DNA of 55,584 nt from a virus (taxonomy: Duplodnaviria; Caudoviricetes). The notes under the pieces are model-generated. The model did not search any database and was not told the DNA's origin. It saw nothing but the letters and a program-made list of their open reading frames with translations. Position numbers and translations under genes: made by a program. The stretch's first letter is position 1; each line of letters opens with the position of its first letter. The stretch covers positions 1 through 55,584 of the IMG/VR virus record IMGVR_UViG_3300012985_000002; one strand, 5' to 3'. Shown piece after piece: positions 1 to 10,700 of this stretch.

Positions 1-123
1 GACGGCGAAGAACAATGCCTGACCTACGGTCATCATTGTAATACCTACTCTCTGAGTAACTAGGTTAAAGAGACTATTCTCTTATTCCATCCCTGTTACC
101 CCTAAAGATACTTTAGTATTGCA
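1..123 (+). repeat. Terminal direct repeat, left copy (identical to 55462-55584)
   Basis: GACGGCGAAGAACAATG...CTTTAGTATTGCA occurs at both ends. It starts inside a CDS, so it is probably the assembly overlap of a circular or permuted genome. Confidence 0.95.
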
Positions 124-229
124 TGCCCATAGCCATGGGCGACCACTAGCCAGTGGTCTGAGGCAGCCGCCGAGAGCTACGAGTCCGTAGCATTGCTTGA
201 CACAGTAGAAGGAGCTCGCCCCGAGTTGC

Positions 230-635
230 GTAACCAAGCGTAACTACGGGAAGTGGGAGCGTAACCGGGCGCGTAACCGGCCCGGTTACCATGCGAGACA
301 TGGCAAGGTGGGCAACGTAACCAGCGTAACCACCCCCGGCAAACCCCCCTAGGTTACTATGATCTTGTACGTTATTATCTAACTTCCCTTCAAGGGATGA
401 GAAGAAGTAAATGTAGGTTACAGAGGCCAGTTCCAAAAAACCGGTTACGCCGGTTACGTTGGGCAGGTTCCCATGCGAGACATGGGAAGCAGGCCGGTTA
501 CGCGACTAGTTACGCGAACCCTTGCCGTAGTTACGTGTGGTTACGCAGTTCGGGCGTAACCATGACGTTGGTTGTGAGCAAGGGTAAAGAGCGGCCATGC
601 AGCTAACCAGGAAGCAGAGACATGCGGTAACCGCA
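230..635. repeat. Array of 17 GTAAC/GTTAC motifs, candidate origin or protein-binding array
   Basis: GTAAC at 230, 240, 261, 273, 317, 326, 556, 627. GTTAC at 285, 353, 417, 444, 453, 497, 509, 530, 540. Confidence 0.75.
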
Positions 636-790
636 AGTGACTATACGTACACCCTGTGCGCCTAGGTGACTTGTAGTGCAACAGCAAGTTACCTACGTCG
701 CCGTCCCACCGGGACTTAAGACGTGACATGCTATATGTTAAAGCTAGTTGTTACTAGCTAGTCATGTTCATAATACATAAATTGTTTTGA

Positions 791-915
791 GCTCAGCACT
801 ATAGACTTACTCGTCTACTGGTGGGTGACCACGTCTGGTTCCCAGACGCAAGCGCCAGTAGCTAGAATAAGTCAGTTGATAGGTCAGGTCTGTCGTCATA
901 GACTAAGTGCTGAGC
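791..915. ncRNA. Candidate structured non-coding element
   Basis: Nested stems 791-800/906-915 (perfect 10 bp), 804-809/868-873, 815-821/855-861 and 832-838/842-848. Confidence 0.35.
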
Positions 916-922
916 CATTACA

Positions 923-980
923 TTAAAAAGAAAAAGTGAACATGACTAGGAACCCGTTCCCCTACGGGTCCCTAGCCATG
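923..980 (-). terminator. Intrinsic terminator after the 987-1226 gene
   Basis: Minus-strand stem CATGGCTAGGGACCCGT/ACGGGTTCCTAGTCATG with G-U pairs, followed by TTCACTTTTTCTTTTT. Confidence 0.8.
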
Positions 981-986
981 TGGTTG

Positions 987-1226
987 TCAGGCCGACTGAG
1001 CCAGGTTGTTCTGGATGAACACCTGGACCGCAGCCTTGTTGGCATCGCGGTAGGCCTCGATGGTTGCAGCAACCTGAGGCAGGTTGGCAGCAGCGTTGAG
1101 CACGTGAACTCCAGACATGTCCTGGAAGTTCTCGATGTCGACCGCGAGGGTACGAGTGGTGTTGACGTAGAAGCGCTCGAGCTGTTCGAGCGGGTTACGT
1201 CGGGCAGGACGCTTGTCCTTAGCCAT
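987..1226 (-). CDS. Hypothetical protein, 79 aa (MAKDKRPARRNPLEQ...)
   Basis: RBS AAGGAG upstream of the ATG at 1226, phage-like codon use, own terminator. Confidence 0.75.
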   Translation of the reverse strand: MAKDKRPARRNPLEQLERFYVNTTRTLAVDIENFQDMSGVHVLNAAANLPQVAATIEAYRDANKAAVQVFIQNNLAQSA

Positions 1227-1732
1227 GATGGTCTCCTTAGATGGTAGCATAGACTATACTAGATAGCATAGCAAAAGATATACAATAACAGCAGAAGCAT
1301 AAAGCCACAGCAAAGCAATTAGATCATGTAACATGTACATGTAAGATGGAACAGGTAGCCACAAAAGTAGCAGAGCACGAGCACCACCAGGTTTCAGTAG
1401 TAGTAGCACAAGTAGTAGCACGAGAGGGACGACGAGTTCAAGAAAGTGTCAAAAGAGATACTTATATGTATTAATATAGGGGGGTATATGATGTCTTTAT
1501 TGTGTTATTAGTATATCTTCCATCTGCTCACAAAAGTTTTCCCGAAAATCCTAGTCATGTCACCCAGACTCTTACCTCCTCTGAAACGCGCAAGGTAACG
1601 CGTGTGGTAGCAGAAAGGCACAGACGAGGGCGGTAGCGCGATTCGTAGCACCTGTGGGCTACTGGGAGGCCCTGCTCAGTGCCCGTGATCGAGAGCGGCG
1701 GCCCCGTCTTGCCCCCGCGACCGTCCGAGTCG

Positions 1733-1741
1733 TGTTACAAT
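1733..1741 (+). promoter_or_regulatory. Extended -10 promoter (TGtTACAAT) for the giant gene
   Basis: TGn-TACAAT about 50 nt upstream of RBS AAGGAG and GTG at 1794. Confidence 0.5.
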
Positions 1742-1793
1742 GTCCTAGGCCAACCGTTTCCGGTTCGCTGACAAAGACTTAGAAGGAGTCGCA

Positions 1794-4700
1794 GTGGCTT
1801 GGACTGATGAGGTCGCCGACAAGGACCCCTTCAACTACGCGCCGAAGGGTCTCAAGCAGACTCGCGAGCTCGCGTGGGCTGATGGTGCTGCGAGCCTGGA
1901 CCCTGGACTGCGGGTCGGCTGGCAGACGGGTGGACGTGTCGGCGGTACGGAGAACGCGTTCAACGACGAGTTCTTCACTCGGATGTACGACCAGTACGAC
2001 GAGGAACAGCAGAAGATCCAGGACAACCCGGACTATGTCTCCGACCTGTTCCTCCGCCCTGACTTCACCGGCATCGTCGGCTGGAACCAGACGTTCGCGA
2101 AAGACGGCTACTTCAAGGGTAACGCCCAGCTCAGCGAGGGCGACCGCCAGTTCAAGGTCGGCGATGTCTACGACAACGGTGTCTTCCAGGGCAACGTGTA
2201 CGATCGGGACTCCGGCTTCACGCGGGAAGAGGCGAATGCCTACGTCGCCCCGCACATCTTCGGCAAGGACGCCGCTGACAAGTATCGCGAGGCCGACGGC
2301 GACCAGGACAAGCTCTATGAGATGATCCAGGAGCAGGGTGCCAAGGAAGGTAAGCTGGTCGAGGCTTACGTCACCCGCGCGCCCTACCAGCAGTCCGTCA
2401 ACAAGCTGCTGAGCGACTGGGAAGGTGGAGCCTGGGACGAGTTCCTGATCCCGGTCGCGGGCTTCGCTGGCGGTGCGGCTGCTGGTGCTGCGTTCGGCTG
2501 GCCGGGTGCGATCGTCGGTGGCATCGCGGGTGCTGTCGGCAGTCTCGCGAACGTCGATGAGGCCCGCACCATGGCGGCTCAGGCGTTCGTCAGCACCGGC
2601 CTCATGGCTGAGGAAGGCACCGACGCTCAGATCGCGCACCTGACGGCCAAGGCAGGTGAGTTCGGCGTCAGCCGCATGAACGTCCTGACCAACCTGACCG
2701 CTGGTGCCGTCGATGTCTTCTCCGGCAACTGGGGCGACGACCTCTCTGAGATCCGCGAGGCGCAGGCTGCTGGTAACTGGGGCGCGGACGTCGCCCTCGG
2801 GGTCACCGGGTTCGTGGACGGCATGCTCATGTCGTCCAACAAGGCCGCTGTTGCTGCCTACACTGCCTCGATGGGCGGCTCTGCCCTCGGCAACGCCTAC
2901 AACAAGGCCACGAACGACGGGGAGTGGGATGAAGTCACAGGCTCCTTCCACAAGTACGAGAGCATGGAGCAGCGACTTGCTGCAGCTGGTGCTTCCGCGA
3001 TCGACATCAGCCAGATGCTCATGCCCAGTCTGCTCCGATACTCCGCTAGCCGGAACGTCGGTGGGACGAAGAACAGTGCACTGGACGACCTGGCCCCTCG
3101 CAACCCCGACGCCGTCCGCACCACCACCACGATGGACCGCACCTTCGACGTCAAGATGGGAGCAGACGGTGTCGTGCGCGCAGAGCGAGAGTCTCTCGCT
3201 CAGACTATCACCGCCTGGATGGTCCCCAGCACCGCTATCAATCGTCTGGCGGTACGTGGATCGGCCTATGCAGACGTGCTCCGACGGGGTGGCAGCTCTG
3301 TCACCGCGGACGATCTGTATCAGGCGGCGGTGCGCATGGAACGCGCCACAGTACCCTGGAAGCTTGCCCTCGTCAACGGCTTCGGCGAGGCCACTGAAGA
3401 AGTCCTCCAGACGTACCTGAACGGTGCGGCAACTGGTTGGGCTGCTCAGCCGCAGGAGCTCCTGAACGCTGCCGTCGCAGGCTTCGCGATGGGCGCGGGT
3501 ATGAGTGTCGGCTCCAGGGTCGGCACGTTCTCCGCCGACGAGCGCGCCAGGTACCGCGCCAACACCCTCCTGCTGAACGACGGACAGCAGCCCTTCAGCC
3601 GCACGGAGTGGAAAGCTGTCGACCCCGCCACGAAGCGCATGCTGTCGACCGCCAACCAGACCACGGAGCGTCGCCTCCGTCGTCAGCGCGAAGACTACAT
3701 GGACGACACGACGCAGCAGCTCGTGAGCTCTGTCGTCGCGGCGTATCAGAAGGAAGACGCCCTCAAGACGATCCTCAAGAAGCAGCAGCTCACTCCCGGC
3801 GAGTGGGAAGACGCTCTCGAGGACATGGCCGACATCCTGCCGTTCAACGACGTGCGGATGCCCAGCTACATGATCTTCCACTCCGCGAAGACCACGCTGG
3901 CCAAGCTGAACAACCGCCTGAGCGCTCTGAGCCAGCAGCTCATCGAAGAGGACACCGACCAGCAGCAGGACCAGAACGTGCAGGGCGTCCACGACACCCT
4001 CGCCGGGCTGATGACCGAGCTCAACGGCCTCTACGAAGAGTACGTGCGTACCAACGGCACGGACCCGCTCGCGCGCATCAACCGTCTCCTGCAGGACTAC
4101 TGGGACGGCACTGCTCAGGTCGACGCACCCAGCATCCTGCAGCAGCAGGCGGTGGAGCTCATCTTCTCCCGCCTCCCGAACGACAACCCCGGCTCGTTCC
4201 AGATGCTTCTGCCTCAGATCGACTTCGAGATGGAGGCCAACAACGCTCACGGGATGAGCAAGGTCTCCCAGTCGTTCGAGAAGCTGCTCAGCCACGACAA
4301 CGACGGCGACAAGCTCAAGCACATGGCGCGGTATGTCCCGAACCGGGGCGCTCGCGAGCAGCTCCGCCTGGGCATGAACCACTGGGCACCCGTCGAGGGC
4401 GTCGAGGAAGCGGGTACCCGTGGCGGCGGCTTCCTGAACGTCGCCAAGCGTGGCTACGAGGACGCGATCCTCATGCTGCAGCAGTTCACGCTGGCCGGGT
4501 TCGACGTCGACGCGCAGAAGGAAGTGCGCAACACGTACGACGCCCTGGTCAAGGACCTCAAGCAGTCTCTGCCCGGCGTGCGCTCCAGCACGTTCACGAA
4601 CTTCCGCAACATGCTGGAGAAGAACCCGGACGGCGCGAAGCAGGAGTTCTACCGCGCCCTCGCGCTCGACTACTCCAAGCTCATCAGCCTCGGTCGCTCG

Positions 4701-7700
4701 GGTACCAAGCCCGAGTACGTCAAGAACAACTCGCTCAAGCCTGAGCAGATCGTCAAGCCCGGTACCTCCATCGGCATCTGGATCGAAGACAAGATCCAGC
4801 AGCACCTGGAGGTCTGGCGCGACGCCCACGCGACCCGTGAGACGGCAGAGTTCGTCAAGAGCGGCACGAAGGGTGCACAGCCCCAGGGCCTGCAGGCGGG
4901 TACCCCCAGCACGGTAGAGACGGCAGCTGCAACCCTCGGTCAGACCAACGAGCAGCGCTCTGGTGGCTCCGACCCGTTCCGCTCGATGGGTGGCCTGCAG
5001 TACGGCCCCATCAACTCGGTCGCTCGGGACGCTGACGGTCGGCACAACCCCTCCGAGCTCCGCCAGGCGATCATCGAGTGGTACACCAACCTCACCCGCC
5101 TCCGCCCGTACAGCGCTCTCACCACGCTGCGTCAGGGCGGCTCGCCCGTCGTTCGTGAGGCTCGGGCTGACCTGGAGAACCTGGCGTACCAGAAGTACCC
5201 CGACCTGATGAAGAACCCGGCGACGAGGGATGAGACCCTCATTCGCCTGGCCAACTCCCCGTTCTGGAACGTGGACGAGAGCCAGGTCGACACGTTCGAC
5301 TTCCAGGTCCACGACGCCTCTGCCACGATCGGCTCGGTGCTCATCAAGGCTGCTGCTGCTCGTCAGGCGGCGCTGGCTCCCGTCGCGTTCGGTGAGCTCG
5401 ACGCCAACGAGGCATACGCCACTGTTACTCCCGCGCGCGCGATGCAGCTGCTCAACGGTGCAGTCACTCCGAGCACGGTGCTCCCGAAGGAGCAGGCAGA
5501 CCAGCTCGGCGCGTTCTCGTCCCTCGACTCGCTCATCCGTGACTACACGATGATCCAGAGCCGTCAGCAGCGCTCTGACTGGCGCGCTCGGGCAGAGCTC
5601 CACAGCGCGTACACCGAGCTCAACGCCGTGGGCGAGCCCTCGCTCTACCGTCTGCTGGTGGACACCATCCGTGAGGCGAGCGACAAGGAACTCAGCCACG
5701 CTGCTGACGGCACGGCACAGGGTCGTCTCGCCCGTGAGGACAAGACGTTCCACGAGAAGCACGTGCTGCCGATCTTCCAGAACCTCGCGCACATGATGGA
5801 CACGCTCGGGCTCAGGGGCCTGAGCCGCCAGGGGATCATCAACACCCTGGAGAATAACAGCCGTGTTCTCCAGAACGTGCTGAGCATGTTCCCCGCCGAG
5901 ATGCAGCTCGCGATCCTGAAGGCCCCGAACCCGAAGGCCAGTCCTCGCGACTTCGCCATTCCCGGCTGGTTCTTCGACATGCTGCTCGAAGAGAACGCCG
6001 AGAAGGCCGCGTTCATCTACTGGGACGCCATGCTCCAGATGGACCTGGACATGTACGGCAAGGATGCACACCCCGGCAACGCGTGGGTGCAGCTGTACTC
6101 GACCCTCGACGCCGCTGGCAAGCAGACCCTGGACGACATGCGAGCCACGGCGACCTCGGTTCAGCAGTTCGTGGACGAGGTCAACCGCGAGATCACGTTC
6201 AACCAGGCCCCGCTCCTGGCCTGGCGCACGGACACCACGCTCTACTCGCCCGACTCCACCAAGAGTGGCTGGCAGTGGAGCGCGCCGTCGGCAGAGCGTC
6301 GTCAGGCGATCCGTGACGCGGCCAAGTACTTCAAGGAGAACGCTCAGGCGCTCCCGTCCGAGGTCGAACTCCAGGCCCGTAACCTCGGCTACGCGACCGA
6401 CCTGCTGAACGCTCTGCAGAAGCCCGACACGTACAAGAGCGCTCAGCTCAGTGACGCGATCAAGGCTCTGGACAACCGTCTGAAGCAGAGTGGGGTCCTT
6501 CGTCAGCCGACGATGGGTCCTCGTGGCCGTCGTGCCTTCGTGGAGCGCTCCTTCCGTGGTATCGACCCCGGCTCCGCCTCCAAGGGTGTGGCCAGCCCTG
6601 GCATCGCTCAGTACGGCGACACCGACGTTCGTCGTGACCAGACTGCTTTCGGCTCCCAGCTCGACCAGACGTTCAGCGCTCTGCTCGCCGGTGACGCCAA
6701 GAGCATCTCGTTCAACCCCCAGGCTCTGATGCAGGAACTTCGCCTGCAGACCGAGTCCGGTGCGATCATCGACTGGACTCCGCTGACCACCGAGCAGTTC
6801 CTCCAGCTGTTCATCATGGAGGACGGCGCGTACCAGAACCTGCTCTTCGCGCTGATCAACCCGTCGGTGTACGAAGAGACTGGCCCCGGTAAGGCGGTGC
6901 AGCAGTATCTCTTCCCGCAGGACCTCGAGAAGATCGTCGGCACGACGTTCTATAAGGACCTGATCAACGGTACGGGTGGTCGGAACAAGCACGAGACCAA
7001 CGAGCTCTTCCTGAGCTACGTCGACTCGCTCACCAACGGCAACCTCGTCACTCGCATGCTCGCCGACTCGGCGATCGCGCGGACCACGACAATCGAGACC
7101 CTCACCAACTCCGCCTACGAGAGCATCGTGGCTGACGTGGCGGAGGCGATTCGCTCGCTCATGGGTCTGGCCCCTGGTCAGGGTGACGCGCTCCGTGGCC
7201 TGCTGGAGACGCAGGCACTCAAGGACTACGAGCCGATCCCCGGTCTGGGACAGCTCGGCGCTCTTCCTGCTCCCGCGCGCGAGGCGCAGATCGACAACAT
7301 GATCCAGCTCTATCAGGGCGCGCTCGACGTCGCCGTGAAGAACTGGGAGGCCAACAAGACGATCGACAACGCCGACCTCGTGTACGAGGCTTCGGAGAAG
7401 CTTGGCATCGCCCAGGGTCTCAAGAACACTCGCAAGTACGGCGAGCTTCAGATGAACGCTCTCAAGATCGACTGGGACAGCCCGACCGCCCAGCGCGTGA
7501 CCAAGACGATGATCACGCAGTACATCGAGACGTTCGGCCCGTCCCTCGCCACCACCATGACGGGTGACGACGCCAAGACCCTGTCCAAGTGGAACCTGGC
7601 TCAGACCGACCACATGGACATCTTCAAGTCGTTCAGCACGGACGAAGCCGCAGACCGCAAGGTGTGGGACGAGCTCAGCAAGATCGTCGCCCTGCACCGC

Positions 7701-10700
7701 ACGCTGACGAAGAGCGGCTACCTGGCGAGTGACTCGATCGCGTCGCCGACCACGAAGGAGTGGGGTCAGTTCGACCCGACGTTCGTCTACCTGACCAAGG
7801 ACATGGTCAGCGACGAGTTTCTGAGCGTGCTCAGCAACCTCCGCAAGGCCGTCCCCGACGCCATGCCGCCTCGCAAGAGCGTGGACGCGGTCGTCACTGA
7901 CCTGAACAAGACGGTGCTCCGCCCGAAGAACTTCGGCAAGTGGGTCCCCGACCTGGTCATGCAGCACTCCGGCTCCAGCCGGTATCTGGACAGCTCGGGC
8001 TCGCCCCAGCAGATCGCGATCGGTGGCGAGCTCCTGAAGAGCATGATCGCCGCCACAATCAGCGCTCGTCGTACGAACACGCACCCCACGCCGGATATGG
8101 CGCGCGCGTACAAGATCGACGCAGAGGAACTGATCGCTAGCGAGACCGACTTCTTCGGTCGTGGTCTGCAGGGCGAGCCTTGGGCAATGCTCGAAGGCGC
8201 GTCAGTTGTTGCCCCTCGCTACAACAGCGAGACGGGCAAGACCGAGGGTGCAGGTCCTGTGCTCATCGCTCGGGACACAGCAGGCAACGTCATCAAGGAG
8301 ATCCCGCTGACGCTCGCCACCAGCCGTATCACGAACGGTGGCAAGGACCTGGAGGGTGTGCCCGGCACGATCGCTCAGATCACGCACCAGTCGATGATCG
8401 AGGCTGTCAAGACGGCCATGAGCACCTTCAAGGGCTCTGCCGTGGCAGGCTCCTACTCGTCTATCTCCGTCGAGTTCCAGATGTTCAACCCCGTCATGAA
8501 GCCTGCGATGGACCCCTCGAAGCCTGCCGATAAGCAGGTCAACTGGGCGAACAACATTCACTTCGACGGTACGCTGGGTCAGACGGACACCAGCACGAGC
8601 ATCTACGCCGCCCTGCTGGCAGGTGTGGACGGTCTCGTGCAGCGTCTGGAGCGTGCTGCTCTCGACGCGATCAAGGGCTCGCTGGCGATCTTCACGACGG
8701 CTCACCCGCGTGGCTTCGACGGCAAGGACCCGAACCAGCTGCTCGACCTGCTGTACGACATCACTGCTGACGTCATGCGTACCCCGATGGGGGAGGACTA
8801 CCTGTTCCCGAACAACGCCTACAAGGGCGTGTTCCGTCTGGTCCGTGACCGTCTGCTGGTCACTGGTCAGGACGCGGAGGGCAACAAGGTCACGCTCTCG
8901 TCCGAGCAGGCTCTGACGACCGACCTCTCGCAGTACACCGACCTCAAGGTGGTCGAGCTCAGCACCCGCTCGCTGGAGACTCTGCGTGGTGCAACGGGTG
9001 GCTCCGGTCACCCGCGCAACCTGCAGAAGGCTCCGCGAATCGGTGGTGAGGGCGAGCCGTGGAAGGGGTACTACGAGCCGTTCCAGCTGGAGCGTATGCC
9101 TCAGCTCGGCACTCAGCTCACCGACCTCAACCAGATCGCAGAGGCCCTGCGCACGTCGGGCCTGCTGGACCGTGACCGCGTGCAGACGTTCCAGTACGGC
9201 ACGCACACGGCTGACGAGCGTACCCAGCAGCACCGCAAGTTCGAAGAGTTCATCGAAGAGCGGTCGGCAATCGCCAAGGCTCGTCGCGAGCGTGGTACTC
9301 AGAAGCGCTACCGCTCCGTCAACACCGGTGTCGCGATCGCGTGGCGCAACCTGCTTCGTCAGGACCAGCGTGTGCGTCGTGCCACGACCGACGCCCTGCA
9401 GGAGGACCTCGGCGGTGTCAAGCCGAATCGCGATCTGACGATCCAGGACGCTCACCGCTCGCTGAGCAACATCCTCTCGTACGCGAACGGCAACGAGGCA
9501 CGCCTGTTCCTCGTGGACCCGAGCGATCTGCAGGCGAACGGTGACGAGGGTCGCCTCACGTCCGTCCGCAAGGACCAGGGCGAGCGCTGGAGCAACGTCC
9601 GCCCGGTCAACGACATCGTGATCCTACAGCTGGACGGCTACGAAGAGGCTCCCGGTACCCCTGAGTGGAACCGTCTCGTCGTGGACGAGCTCGCCGCCAT
9701 GAAAGAGCGCGGTCTGACCATCGGCCTCACGTCGGCCAAGGACCCGAACGCTGCCAGTATGGCCCGCGACCTGCTCCTGCAGAGCCAGGGTCCGTACGAG
9801 TCGGTGAACGATGACCTGTTCATCTTCGCCCCTGTGACTCGTGTGGACGAGGGTCGTACCCTCGCTGCCCGTCGTGCTACCCTGACGGAAGCCAAGGTGC
9901 AGAGCCTGCGCGGCTACGTGCTCGCGGCCTACTCCGAGGACGGCTTCTACGCCACTGACGCTGAGGGCGTGCAGATCGACCCGCTCAGCAAGTGGCTGGG
10001 CTACACCCAGGGCTACGCCTCGGACATCGTGCCGACCACCGGCATGAACCAGTACCACTCGCCGGGCACGCCTCAGGCTGGCCAGCGCATCGCACAGGTC
10101 TACGACTACCTGCTCAAGAACAACGGCGCGCTGTACCTCATGGAGCAGCAGGCCATGGGCGGTGGCGGTGACACGACCCTGGAAGAGTTCCAGACTCTGC
10201 TCCAGCGGGCGTACGACAACCTGGACCGTGCAACCGGTCGTCCCAAGGTGAACACCGAGTTCCGCCCTGGCGACCTCGTGGCCACGATCAACGAGATCGG
10301 GAGCCTCACGTTCACGCGCTGGGGCTACGACTCCACCGACGTGGACTTCGAGTCGCAGGACCGTAACGGCCTCGACGGCATCTCGATCGAGGGTATTCCG
10401 TCCACAAAGTCGATCCGTCTCGTGGCAGGCAAGAAGCTGCCCCATGACAAGGCATCGCTCCGTGGTGGTACGATCGAGCAGGTCTTCATCGACCCGGTCT
10501 TCGGTCTCCGCATCCTGTTCAAGAACGACATCAACCTCTACGGTGCGAAGATGGTCGATGAGCACGGAACGAAGACTCGCTCCGTGATCCTGGCCGAGAA
10601 CAAGCTCCCGTCGGTGCCGATGTTCAATGACACGCGGCCCGCCATGTACGCGGACTACCCGACGACCATCAAGAAGGGTGTCAATGCGCAAGGTACGGTA

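Noticed and set aside
197-202. Perfect TTGACA -35 box
   Set aside because: There is no -10 element at the right spacing.
230-635. Possible CRISPR array
   Set aside because: The repeats are 5-8 bp, irregularly spaced and in both orientations, with no repeat-spacer period.
146-729. Short ORFs across the GTAAC array
   Set aside because: Their translations simply reflect the repeats, and they lack phage codon bias.
791-915. Hammerhead ribozyme or tRNA identity for the structured element
   Set aside because: There is no CUGANGA/GAAA core and no cloverleaf or T-loop signature on either strand.
1779-8084. 2101-aa minus-strand ORF (also 11268-15245, 15161-18754, 22035-23918 and others)
   Set aside because: These are antisense shadows of GC3-biased genes. 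They have Val/Leu/Arg/Gly-rich composition, no RBS and no motifs.
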